DNA of 64,000 nt from Octopus vulgaris (taxonomy: Eukaryota): positions 163,060,001-163,124,000 of the forward strand of contig OX597815.1 of the NCBI GenBank assembly GCA_951406725.2. Reading direction: 5' to 3'. Every line of letters starts with the position of its first letter. Within the stretch, counting starts at the first letter, position 1. The notes under the pieces are model-generated. The model had not been told where the DNA came from. It saw only the letters and a program-made list of their open reading frames with translations, and did not search any database. Shown piece after piece: positions 25,907 through 37,821 of the stretch. Both the position numbers and the translations under genes were made by a program.

Positions 25907-26132
25907 ACGTATCAGCACAGTGAATAAATACATGAGGGACCATGGCTATGATGTTGACAAACTCTGGCGAGACATCGACGATGTTATCGTTAAAACAATT
26001 ATATCAGCACACGCTGTACTACGGCATAACTATCGGACATGCTTTCAGAATCACACCAAGACGAGTGCCTGCTTTGAAATACTTGGAATCGATGTCATGC
26101 TTGACAAAAAACTCAAGCCATTGATAATCGAG
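25907..26132 (+). CDS. TTLL6: TTLL6/13-like coding exon C (catalytic FEILGxD...E)
   Basis: Acceptor ttcctaacag|, 226 nt completing R then RISTVNKYMRDHGYDVDKLWRDIDDVIVKTIISAHAVLRHNYRTCFQNHTKTSACFEILGIDVMLDKKLKPLIIE; donor GAG|gtacac; phase 2 to 0. Confidence 0.95.
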
Positions 26133-26611
26133 GTACACCGCAAAATGTTTTTATTTATTTTTCTGAAATATTAGTTGAAAGTAAAACATTTGTTTTGATA
26201 CTTTATTTGCAGTGTCTTTGGACCTATAATACACTTGATAAAAGCAGATTGATAGACAGATAAATGGATGGATGGATGGATGGATGGACAGATAGACGGA
26301 CAGAGGGGTGGATTGATGGATGGAAAAAGAGAGAGAGAAAGCCGCAATGATTCATATACTCTATGTTTAATTTCAGAAGTGTCCAGTTGTGTTGGGTTGG
26401 TTTGTCTTTTATCTTTTATTTGTTTCAGTCATTGGACTGTGGCCAGGCTGGAGCACCTCCTTGAAGGGTTTTCATTGAAAAAATTGACCCCAATACTTAT
26501 TTTTAACTTTGGCATGTATTTTAATGGATCTCTTTTTTTTTTTTTTTTTGGTGAACTCTCAAGTTATGGGGATGTAAACAAACTGTCTAGTAATAATGTA
26601 GAACAACTATT

Positions 26612-27015
26612 CTTTTCTACTCTAGGCACAAGGTCCTAAATGTTTGGGGAGGTGTGCCAGTCAATTAGATTGACCCCAGTATGCAATTGATACTTAATTT
26701 ATTGACCCCGAAAGGATGAAAGGCAAAGTCGACCTCAGCAGAATTTGAACTTAGAATGTAAAGACAGATGAAATACCTATTTCTATTTCTTTACTACCCA
26801 CAAGGGGCTAAACACAGAGAGGACAAACAAGGACAGACAAACGGATTAAGTCAATTATATCAACCCCAGTGCGTAACTGGTACTTATTTAATCGACCCCA
26901 AAAGGATGAAAGGCAAAGTCGACCTTGGCGGAATTTGAACTCAGAACGTAGCGGCAGATGGAATACCACTAAGCATTTCACCCAGCATGCTAACATTTCT
27001 ACCAGCTTGCCACCT
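26612..27015 (-). mobile_element. Dimeric SINE (full B1 + head-truncated B2)
   Basis: Both monomers lie inside one 18-bp TSD (26594-26611 / 27016-27033, 16/18). Confidence 0.8.
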
Positions 27016-27380
27016 TAATGCAGAACAAATATTAACACAATGGAGCTTGGTGCAGTTCTCTGTTGCTACTGGATTTGTTGAGTATATAAACAGATTGGAT
27101 ACTTGTTTCTCTGAGATTTAGTAAAAAGCATCCAGTCCACACTGTGAAGTAGTTGGCATTTAGAAGAGCATCCAGCAGTAAAAACCATGTCAAAAACTGA
27201 CCTCGCCTGTGCTAGTGCTGCATAAAAAAGCACTCACTTCACTCTGTGGGGCGGTTTGTGTTGGAAAGGGCATTCAGCCATGAAAGCCAGGCCAAAACAG
27301 CCACAGAAGTTTGGTGTAGCCTTCTGCTTGGCTAGCTCCTGTCAAACTATCTAACCCATGCCAGCATGGAAAGCAGATGT

Positions 27381-27426
<46 letters not shown>

Positions 27427-27753
27427 GGTGGTGATGGTGATGGTGATGATGATGATGATGACCCAATAAGGTTCAAAAATCAATGAAGTCTATTCATCAT
27501 TTTTTTAAATTTCAATCTACAGAGAAATACTTAAACTTTTCCTGTTTATAAATCTGCTATATAGGTTACATATACACAGTGAGCTTCTTTCAGTTTCCAT
27601 CTACAAAATCCAATGGTAAGGCTTTGGTTAGCCCAGAGCTATTGTAGATGACACTCGCCCATAATGCCACACCATGGGACTGAACCAAAAACAAAGTGGT
27701 TGGGAAGCAAGCTTCTTACCTCACAGTTATGTTTGTATACCTATATATATTAA

Positions 27754-28078
27754 ACTGGCATCTTGTCAGTTATGATAACAAGGGTTCCAGTTGATCCGAT
27801 CAACAGATCAGCCAGCTCATGAAATTAACATCCAAGTGACAGAGCACTCCACAGACACAGACACACCCTTAATGTAGTTCTCAGGGAGATTCAGTGTGAC
27901 ACAAAGCGTGACAAGGCTGGCCCTTTGCAATACAGGTATGACTCACTTTTGCCAGCTGAGTGGACTGGAGCAACGTGAAATAAAGTGTCTTGCTGAAGGA
28001 CTCAATCTGTCACCAGGAATTGAACTCCTGACCTTGTGATTGTGAGCTGAATACTTTAACCACTAAACTATGTGGCTT
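27754..28078 (-). mobile_element. SINE family C (tRNA head + GTGTCCTTGAGCAAGACACTT-type body)
   Basis: Minus strand TAGTGGTTAAAGTATTCAGC...GAGTTCAATTCC...CAAGACACTTTATTTCACGTTGCTCCAGTCCACTCAGCTGGCAAAA. Same tail at 8131-8572(-); same head with other tails at ~13870-14100(-), 22290-22630(-), 25440-25735(+), 51607-51745(+). Confidence 0.8.
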
Positions 28079-28084
28079 AAAGCA

Positions 28085-28615
28085 GAACCAAATTGAGGTC
28101 GATCAACATCAGTGGGAATTGCAGCTGTGGTTAAGCGAACCATCCAATCGTGGTCGTTGCCGGCGCCGCCCCGTCTAGCCTCCGTGTCGGTGGCACGTAA
28201 AAGCACCATCCGTTCGTGTCCATTGCCAGCCTCGCCTGGCCCCCGTGCCGGTGACACGTAAAAGCACCATCCGTTTCGTGGCCGTTTGCCAGCTCTGTCT
28301 GGCCCCCGTGTTGGTGGCACGTAAAAGCACCATCCGTTTGTGTCCATTACCAGCCTCGCCTGGCCCCCGTGCCGGTGACACGTAAAAGCACCATCCGTTC
28401 GTGGCCGTTTGCCAGCTCTGTCTGGCAGCTGTGCGGGTGGCACGTAAAAAGCACCCACTACACTCACGGAGTGGTTGGCGTTAGGAAGGGCATCCAGCCG
28501 TAGAAACACTGCCAGATCTGACTGGGCCTGATGAAGCCTTCCAGCTTCACAGACCCCAGTTGAACCGTCCAACCCATGCTAGCATGGAAAACGGACGCTA
28601 AATGATAATGATGAT
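28085..28615 (+). mobile_element. Solo RTE 3' UTR with an internal ~60-bp tandem array
   Basis: Five GG(C/T)(G)ACACGTAAAAGCACC-type units, then the same tail as 42402-42600. Other solo tails at ~24421-24700(-), 27100-27400(+), 32460-32840(+), 47090-47360(+), 47935-48195(+), 48471-48850(-), 49300-49770(-), 55265-55692(-), 59490-59820(+), 61500-61950(-). Confidence 0.85.
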
Positions 28616-29142
28616 ATATATATGCACATGTATGGATGTATTATCTATTCACATCTTTTTCTCTTCCTCTCTCTCTCTCCCTCTCTTCTCTCTGGTTAGG
28701 TAACCATGTACCTCTTCTACAGTAAGGTGTCTATTTCTATCTCTGTCACACTCTAACTTTTTGTCATCTGACACAAGTTCACCTCCTCCAATGCCCCCTC
28801 TCCTCTCAAAGATTCCTTGTCTTGCAAAGTTACTTGATGACACTGCTAGTGCCGGTGCCACTTAAAAGCACCCAGTCCACAATATATAGTGGTGAGTAGC
28901 AGGAAAGATTCCTCTTTTTAAAGCTGATTGTGGGCTCCAGTGAACAAACCTAATTTGCCCATGCTAGGCTGGACTGTCATGTGATGGGATTGAATAGCCT
29001 GCATAAAGCCAGAAAGACTCAGCTATCACATGACCAGGTCATGTAACCATTTGTAGAAAACATGCATATGAGCTGATATTTGGGATTTAAGCTTAACTGA
29101 CTGAATGATTATCATACTTCTGTAATATCTTCTTGCATAGAA

Positions 29143-29513
29143 GTAGGAGTGGCTGTGTGGTAAGTAGCTTGCTTATCAACCACATCATTCTGAGTTCAGT
29201 CCCACTGCATGGCACCTTGGGCAAGTGTCTTCTACTATAGCCTCGGGCCAACCGAAGCCTTGTGAGTAGATTTGGTAGATGGAAACTGAAAGAAGCCTGT
29301 CATATATATATGTGTGTGTGTGTATATATATATATATATGTATGTGGGTGTGTTTGTGTGTCTGTGTTTGTCCCCCCAACATCGCTTGACAACCGATGCG
29401 GGGGTGTTTAATTCCCCGTAACTTAGTGGTTTGGCAAAAGAGACCGATAGAATAAGTACTAGGCTTACAAAGAATAAATCCTGGGGTCGATTTGCTCGAC
29501 TAAAGGTGGTGCT
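29143..29513 (+). mobile_element. SINE family A, 3'-clipped
   Basis: Same sequence; joins an RTE-tail fragment at ~29515. Confidence 0.88.
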
Positions 29514-29805
29514 CATCTCAACTTTGGCATGGTTTTTCTGACCAGATGCCCTTCTTAACACCAACAACTTTACGGTGAATTCTGTTTTTGTTTTTTTTTT
29601 GTTTTTGTGTGCCAAATATTTAGTCAGAAGAGAAGAAGCAACTCCATGATTTTTACAGGTCCTTAAAGTTGGTGTTCAGTTTGAACTTCTGTAAGTTAGC
29701 ACCTGTCACAAGAATGTGACCAGAGAAATAAGGAGGTAGTTTTAGAAGCCAAACCAGCAGCAGTTGAGCTTTGTAGAGAGAGAGCTTTTAGGATTCACAA
29801 AAGTA

Positions 29806-30195
29806 GGTGTAGGAGTGGCTGTGTGATAAGTAGCTTGCTTACCAACCACATGGTTCCGGGTTCAGTCCCACCATGTGGCACCTTGGGCAAGTGTCTTCTA
29901 CTATAGCCTCAAGCCGACCAAAGCTTTGTGAGTGGATTTGGTAGACGGAAACTGAAAGAAGCCCGTTGTATATATGTATATATATATATGTATGTGTGTG
30001 TGTATATGTTTGTGTGTCTGTGTTCGTTCCCCACCAACATCGCTTGACAACCGATGCTGGTGTGTTTACGTCCTCGTATCTTAGCGGTTCGGCTTACAAA
30101 GAATAAGTCCCGGGGTCGATTTGCTCGACCCAAAGGTGGTGCTCCAGCATGGCCACAGCCACATGACTGAAACAAGTAAAAGAGTAAAAAAAGAG
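29806..30195 (+). mobile_element. SINE family A copy
   Basis: Same sequence with a ~30-bp internal deletion. Confidence 0.9.
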
Positions 30196-31182
30196 TAGCC
30201 AAGTACTCCATTTCTGTAATCTTTTAAACTTTCACTGGAACGGGAAGGGTTATTGATAAATTGTTTCACTTCATCAATATCCCTTCAAAATTGGCTTTGA
30301 AAGGCAATACTACAAAATGAATAAACAGCCATTATCTTGGATATATCTTCCATTGCAAATATTGACAAGACAATGAGAAAACAAACAAATTAGGATCGAC
30401 TTTTTCTATGATTTTGATTTTATTTCCATTTTTCATCAAGATTCTTCTTTTTTTTTTTTTGTATTCTCCTGTATACTATTTTCCTTTCTTTTTGTTATCT
30501 TTATTTCATCTCACCTCCCCGCTCTCGCTCCTGCCCCCCCCTCGACAGCTTAAATTTTTCCCTCCCTCACTTCATCTTTCTATTCTATTCCCACCCCCTC
30601 GTCTCTGTCTGCTTCTCTCTCTCTCTCTTTTTTACTACCACTTTACTACAGCTTTTTGTCTCATTCACCTACTCTTTCTTATCCTTGGTGCTTTCTCTCT
30701 TTCTCATTTCCATGCCATCAATTCTTCTGTTTACTGGTTTCTGTCTCCTGTCAATATTTGTCTGTTATATCCATTCTCATACCTTACTCCCACCCCACCC
30801 CACCCCACTTTTACTTTGTCTCTCTTTTATTCTCTCCATTCACTATCTCTCCATCATTCTATTTGTTTATATTCTGCTCTTCTTTTCCTCCACCTCTCAC
30901 TCAAATTCTTCCACCCTTTTCTTTCTTTCTTTCTTTCTTTTTTTCTGATCTATTTTAATGGCTTGATTTGAAGAAAGGGATTGTTCCCATGATATTCATG
31001 GGCCCTTCAAGATCTGTGAGATTAACGCGCCTAATGTTTCTTTTAAATAGCTATAACTTTATGCTTACAAGCAAAAGATAGACAGGGTGGCAATTTCAGA
31101 AGGTTGGCATTCTGGGGAAGAAGGACAGAAAAAGAAAGTGGAGGATTAATGCAGGAGATTAGATGGAGCACAATATAATTAA

Positions 31183-31386
31183 CTCTTTTGATACCAACCT
31201 ACTTGATACCACCTTTGATTTTATGGTACAAACTTTCTGTTTTAAGGTTTTCTAAATTAAAATTTTCCATTAAAATTTCATGTAGATTTATGTCCCAAAT
31301 TTTAGTTACTTTACTGTGTTTTCATAATTTTTTAATTAATTGAAATACAGGAGATGAATTTCAATAGAAATATGGTAACAAAAGGG
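31183..31386. mobile_element. TTAA-flanked MITE family F
   Basis: TTAA-CTCTTTTGATACCA...TGGTAACAAAAGGG-TTGA; split copy at 39619-41325, partial copy at ~4915-5069. Confidence 0.7.
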
Positions 31387-32021
31387 TTGAGAGGAATGTA
31401 GTGATTGCAGTGAGTTACGTAAGAGGATTTGCCCTTCTTGGGAATGGAGTATATGTACACAAAGGTGAGTCTGATGGAAGAGAGTAGGATAGGTTTTGAG
31501 GAGTTTACCATGTCCAGCTTCCCACTTTGAAATGAATTCAAAGTGGGAAGCATTTCCAGGGCAGTACTGTTTACAGAGTCATGTTGGTTGAGCAGTGGGG
31601 AAGAAGGATTCTGAAAATTTGCTTGAGGTTTTTTTTTTTTTGGCAAGGGATCAAACAGGCCAACTGCAATTTAGGAGGGAGCTTGTAGGGTACAGGAAAT
31701 TTTCTCCAAGCATTGTCTGTCTTCTTTCTTGAATTGCTGTAGGAGCTTTTGGAATTTTGAATTTTGGTTGTTGCATCTCTCCCATCTCCACATCTGCTAT
31801 TCTGTCACACCCTCCTGCAACCCCCTCATTTGCCCACCCAACACATCTCTACTTACCTCATAACTTGCCTGCTCCTCCCTCTTTCCTTCCTTCCATACTT
31901 TAAACCCTCATTCTCCTTGCATAGAAACCATGCCTAAGTGAACATTGGAACACAATGCAGTCCTTGGGCCCATCTGATCCTATCAAACCATTTAACCCAT
32001 GCCATTGAATATGGACATTAA

Positions 32022-32245
32022 CTCTTTAGCATTGAAGCCAGCCATATCTGGCCCAAATATTCTACCTGTTCTATGGTGAAACTGGTTACAGCCAGCCTCT
32101 CACACCTACTCTTCAAACCTACTCTTTAACTGTAAAAGTAATCACACCACTGAAGTCTCAAAGCTATGAGGTAATGCACGGCTAATTCAAAACAATGTGA
32201 ATCAATAAGCATTGTATTTGACAGAGTAATCTAAATGCCAAAGGG
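32022..32245. mobile_element. TTAA-flanked (piggyBac-like) MITE family E
   Basis: TTAA-CTCTTTAGCATT...AATGCCAAAGGG-TTAA; other copies at ~24325-24812 (interrupted by an RTE tail) and ~4540-4682 (partial, reverse). Confidence 0.75.
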
Positions 32246-32907
32246 TTAAATGATGATGATGTGGGATGTGGAAGAGCCTGTCTATGGCGATGGCTATAGT
32301 CACCTGCTTAGTTGTCTCAGTATGTCAGAAGTGAAACTCATACACTGCCAAGGTTACTTGACATAGTACCTGAGAACTTCTGATATGTTAGCCGTTGAAA
32401 TGCTATTGGGTCTTAGGGTCATGGAAATTATTGAGTAGCATACAGAAGTCTTAAAACCAATCCTGCTGGTGGTATAAAGCATGCATGGCTGTGTCACACA
32501 AAAGCACCTGTGTAGTACCACATAAAAGAAGCTTGTGCAGCGTCACGTAAAAGCACCCATGCAGTGCCACATAAAAGCACCTGCATGGCATTATGTAAAA
32601 TGCATCCATGCAGTGCTATGTAAAAGTGCCTGTGCGGCGCCATGTAACAGCAACCATGCGGTGCCATGTAAAAGCACCCAGCACACTCCATAAGGTGGTT
32701 GGCATTAAGAAAGAGCATCCAACCACAGAAACCATGCCAAATCAGACAGGAGTCTGATGCAGTTCCTCAGCTTGCCAGCTCTGGTCAAAGTGTCCAGCTC
32801 ATGCCACCATGGACAATGGACTTAAATGGTGATGATGACAGTGGCTGGCTGACTCAATTAGTGAAGAGATGGCAATGGTTTAGTTGTACACATTGGATTT
32901 TGAGTTA

Positions 32908-33125
32908 TAAAGGGATGCTGAAAAGTTCCTGGCTTTGGGTAAAAGAAAATACAGGAGGATCAGTTGATTATGATTTTATTCTAAATATTTCCCTCTTGAG
33001 TTCACACACTTATTGCAGTGGTCCTTCAGTTTTTCTATGCTTTGTAAAAGAATTAAGAAGTTTGGTCCTCCAACCAGGCCTTTTGCAATACCCTTAAAGT
33101 CATGAACTTTTTGACACCCCCTCAT
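32908..33125. mobile_element. ~210-bp mariner-derived MITE
   Basis: Same TIRs; the minus strand keeps the mariner C-terminus IEKLKDHCNKCVNSRGKYLE*. Confidence 0.85.
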
Positions 33126-33399
33126 AAAAAAGTGATATTTGTAGATAGTGTTTGTGTATTGTTCAGAGATGCTTTTAGAGGATGTGGATTGCAAAAGTTT
33201 CAGCTTCTGTACCAGACGGCATTGGTGTGATAGAAGTGCAAGAGCTAAAGAAAAGCTGTGAATGCTGAAGTCATTGAGAATGATGGCTTCAGAGAGGTGT
33301 AAAGTGAAGTAGATGCCTTTGTTGAGGAAACAGATATGTTCAAAGAATCGTTGCTGCTGCTGTTGTTGTTGTTGTTGTTTTTAGTGGTGGCAATTACTT

Positions 33400-34545
33400 T
33401 GATCTCATACTGCTCTTTCTGATCCTTCCAATATTTCTTTTCCTTTCACCTTTCAATTAGTGACATCTTTCTCATTTCTTACCTCTTTATCTCTCACCTT
33501 TTTTGCACAAATCTCCCTTCCACCGTCTCTGTGTTTCTCTCCCTCTTTCCTTCCTCTGTCTCTGTGTTTCTCTCCCTTTGTCCTTCCTCTCTCTCTCTCT
33601 CTCTCTCTCTCTGCCAAATCCTTCTCATATCAACAGCTTTATCCCTTTCTCTCCCCTTGTTTCATAACAACATCTTTCTCTCTCACATGTTCATATAAAC
33701 ATCTGTTTGATGTTGTCATACTAACATCTCTTTCCTTTTCACCTAATCACACTAACAATTCTCACTATTTTCCCATCACTTTCTTTCTCTGTCTCTCCCT
33801 CTCCTTCTCCCCCTCTCTCTCTCTCTGTCTATTTTTCTTTCTTAGACTAACCTCTCTCACCTATTTTTATGCCAACTTCTCTTCCCATTTCATCTTTGTG
33901 TGCCACTGTATCATCCTTTCATCACTCTCCCTCTCTCCCCTCTCCCTCATTCCCTCTCTTTCTTTCTCACTCCCTCTTTCTACCCCTTTTACTCTCTCTC
34001 TCCCTCATTCCTTCTTGCTCCCCCTTTCTTTCTCTCTCCTTCATTCCCTCTCTCTCCCCCTTTCCCTCTCTCTCCCTCTTTCTCTCTATTGCTCTCTTTC
34101 TGTCCCTTCCCTCTCTCTCCCTCTTTCTCTCCCACTTCCTGTCCCATTCACTCTCTCTCTATTTTCCCCTCTCTCTCCCTCTTCCCCTCCCTCTCCATCT
34201 TTTTCCCCCTTTCCCCTATCTCTCCCTCTTTCCCCTCTCTCTCCTTCTTCCCCCTCTCCATCTTTCTTACCCTTTCCCCCATCTCTCCCTCTTTCTCTCT
34301 CTTTTCTCTCTTTCCTCTCTTTCCCTCATTCCCTCTCCTTTTCCTCTCTCTTTCTGCCTCTTACCCACTCTCCTCGCTCTCTCTCCACTCTCTTCTTCCT
34401 CACTGTCTCTCATCTTCCTCTTCCTCTCTCCTTCCTCTCCTTCATCCACTCCCCCTCTGCGCCCACTTCCCCCCTCTCCTCTCTCTCTTTAATCTATCCT
34501 TCCCACTTCTCATCCATACACTCTCAGCTTCCTTTTCGTTTCCCT
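33400..34545 (+). repeat. ~1.1-kb cryptic polypyrimidine (CT-rich) tract
   Basis: Almost exclusively C/T from ~33780 to 34545; a smaller tract at ~30410-30950. Confidence 0.9.
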
Positions 34546-34644
34546 TATTTAATGCCACTAATTGAATAATGAAATAGCCTGGAATTAAAGTTTATTTTAC
34601 CATTGCACATCATCTGTAGTTGTTAAGTCTCTGTGAAAATAATG

Positions 34645-34701
<57 letters not shown>

Positions 34702-35425
34702 CTAATGATAAAGGCAATAATGAAAGCTGTGTGTGTGTGTTTGTGTCTGAGTGTGAGGAAGAAGAGAGAGATAGAGAAAGTACGTGTGAAAAAAAAATGC
34801 ACCATGCTAAAACAACAAGGCTTCCAGCTTAGAAACCTCTCAGTTCTGGGCTTTCTGTTGGCTTATTTATATGTTTCTGTATTTATTTATTCAATTATTT
34901 GGTAAAGAGATGAAAATAAACTTTGGAATTAAACAACAATTAAACAACAACAACAACAACAACAATAATAATAACAACAACTAGAAATAAAAAAAGAAAA
35001 AGAAAATAGAAAAGTAGAATTTTTTTTTTAAATTGTGATTTGTTTTTATTTTTTAATTGAGGAAAAAAATAATACTAATGATAATACAAGAAAAAAAAAG
35101 CAGTAATTAAAAAAATATTAAAAAGAAGAAAAAAACACATAAAAGTTGAGATAAAAAATAGCAGCAAAAAGCAGAAAAAAACCCAAGAAAATTTCAAAAT
35201 GAAATAAAAAAGACAAACTGGAAAGAAAATATATAAAATGGAAATTGAGCTGAAAAACAACAGCAAAAACAATGATAAACACATATGTACACACATGCAT
35301 ACATACATACATACAAACATATGTACATACATACACACATACATACGTATATGAATGTGTGCATGTATACAGACAGACATACACATACAACACACACCAC
35401 ACACACACACACATACACACATAGT

Positions 35426-35475
<50 letters not shown>

Positions 35476-35988
35476 TACACACATAGTTGCATATATATAT
35501 ATACACACACACGCACACACACACACGTACACATACAAGACAAAACAGGTAATCTTTACATCCTAATACGGATCTATGTCACAGCATCCTCTGTAAAGGC
35601 AAATGATAAGAGAGCATCGAATGTGGTGGGGGAGAGATGGGTGGGAGGGAACAAGGATAAACAAATCTTTATTTTTTTTTTTAGTGTAATGATATTTGGG
35701 GAAAATTAATCAAAACCATTCACAGCAGTTGTCATTGTTGAATGGGCGTGGCATTGCTGTAATTATCGCATTCGTTGTTGTGGTTGTCATTTTGCTATTC
35801 TTGATGTTGTTGTTATTGTTGTTGTTGTAGTTATCATTGTGACTGTTGACATTCTAGTTCTAGTTTTTGTTGTTGTTGTTCTTGTTGCTGTAGTTTTATG
35901 ATAAGGATGATGATGGGTGTGAGTTTTCAAAATGTGCATATCCGGAGAGCTAGCTACTTCTATGTATGTATTTAATTAACTTTTCTTC

Positions 35989-36019
<31 letters not shown>

Positions 36020-36238
36020 TGTTGTTTGTTCTTTGTTTGTTTGTGTTTTTTTTTTCCTTTTCAGTTTAATCTTTTGTTTTACTTTCTGTTTTTTTTTGTT
36101 TTTTTTGTTTTTTGTTTTCTAAGGAATCCAACTTAGATTAATAGAAAATAGAATATAATTACAGCAAAGATAATTTCATATAAGCTGAGATAAAAGATAT
36201 TAGACACCTTATTTAGAATTCTGTAGGGTAAATGCAAG

Positions 36239-36281
<43 letters not shown>

Positions 36282-37185
36282 GATATGCACATACACCTAT
36301 ATGCACACATATACACATACACACATACACACAAACATACACATACATGCACATATACAAATACATATACATGCATGAACAGTGGTATTCATAAACCAAT
36401 ACGTGTGTGTGTGTGTGTGTGTGTGTGTGCATGTGTGTGTGTTGATGTATTAAAGAGCATAATATATTAAGTAACCATCCATTACTGTAGAGTTTTCCAA
36501 GAGTGGATTATTCAAATGTGTGTATGTGTGTGTGTGTGTGCATGTGTGTGTACATGTGTGTGTGTGTGCATGTGTGTTTGTGTGCATGTGTGTTTGTGTG
36601 CATGTGTGTGTACATGTGTGTGTGTGCATGTGTGTGTGAGTACATGTGTGTGTACATGCGTGTGTGTGTGCGCATGTGTGTGTGTGTGTGTGTGTGTGTG
36701 ATAGAGAGAGAAAGATTTAGCTTATTTCTTTTCGAGTGTGTGATACCTTAGCCTTTACTTCCTCCACTCACCCAGGTGAGCATGCTGGAGTGATTAGGGG
36801 TATGTAGTTTTAAAAGTGATTTTCTAAGTGAGAAGTTGATGTTTAGCACACTCCAATCTTACAAGCCATCTCTACAGTTACCAAACTCGACATCACACTT
36901 CAATGTACAGATGCAAACCAATGTTCTCCATATAATATTACTCATATTAAAGATGGTGAGCTGGTAGAATCCTTGGCACAATGGGCATAACACTTAGCAG
37001 CATTTTGTCCATCTTTATGCTTTGAGTTCAAATTCCACCAAGGTCGACTTTGTTTTTCATCTTTTCAGGGTCAATAAAATAAGTACCAATTGAGCACTGG
37101 GGTCAATCTAATTGACCTATTCCTACCCCAAAATTGCTGGTCCTGTGCCAAAACTCGAAAGCAGTGTTCCTTGTATCAGTTCATG

Positions 37186-37415
37186 CTTCACTTCACTTAA
37201 TGCTTTTGCTTGATGAGTCTGGGGTCATCCCAAGTTAGTGGACCAAGAGACATCATCATGCATAGAGCTGACCAAATCCACTGGTGCTCTCCATTGCTGG
37301 TAGTCCACCCCTCTACCAATATGGCAGGCCCGTCATCCAACTATTCTGTGGAGGACCAACAGCTCACCAGGAAGAGTCCTCAACCTGTTATTGATACCAA
37401 CCAGTAGAAACATGA
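37186..37415 (-). mobile_element. Short retroposed 3' fragment with (TGAAG)n tail
   Basis: Perfect 15-bp TSD TTGTATCAGTTCATG at 37171-37185 and 37416-37430. Confidence 0.75.
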
Positions 37416-37459
37416 TTGTATCAGTTCATGTCAAATTAAATCAGGCCAAGTGAAATGAT

Positions 37460-37760
37460 TGTGGAGGTACATGGCCTAGTGGTTAGAGCAGCGGACTTGC
37501 AGTCGAGGGATCGCAGGTTTGAATCTCAGACCGAACGATGTGTGTGTTTATGAGTGAAACACCTAAGCTCCATGCGGCTCCGGCAGAAGGTAAGGGCGAA
37601 CTTCTGCTGACTCTTTCGTCACAACTTTCTCTCCCGCTTTCCTCCTGAATCTTGCAGCTTACCTGCGACGGACTGGCGTCCCGTCCAGGTGGGGAACCTA
37701 TACGTCAAGGAAACTGGCCCTTATGAGCCAGGCATGGCTCGAGAAGGAACAAACAACAAG
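37460..37760 (+). mobile_element. SINE family H variant with a different 3' module
   Basis: Same head and body as 18328-18632, then CCTGCGACGGACTGGCGTCCCGTCCAGG and an (AAC)n tail; 10-bp TSD GTGAAATGAT at 37450-37459 and 37761-37770. Confidence 0.85.
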
Positions 37761-37821
37761 GTGAAATGATGCTTGCACCTGAAAACAAGACGTAGTCATT
37801 CACTTTAATCTGTTTGAAATG

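Noticed and set aside
28140-28455. CRISPR-like repeat-spacer array
   Set aside because: The spacers are homologous to each other, the array lies in an RTE 3' UTR, the context is eukaryotic, and there are no cas genes.
33460-34569. 369-aa Ser/Leu/Pro/Phe-rich ORF and overlapping ORFs
   Set aside because: Open only because the CT-rich tract lacks stop codons; all three frames are open and low complexity.
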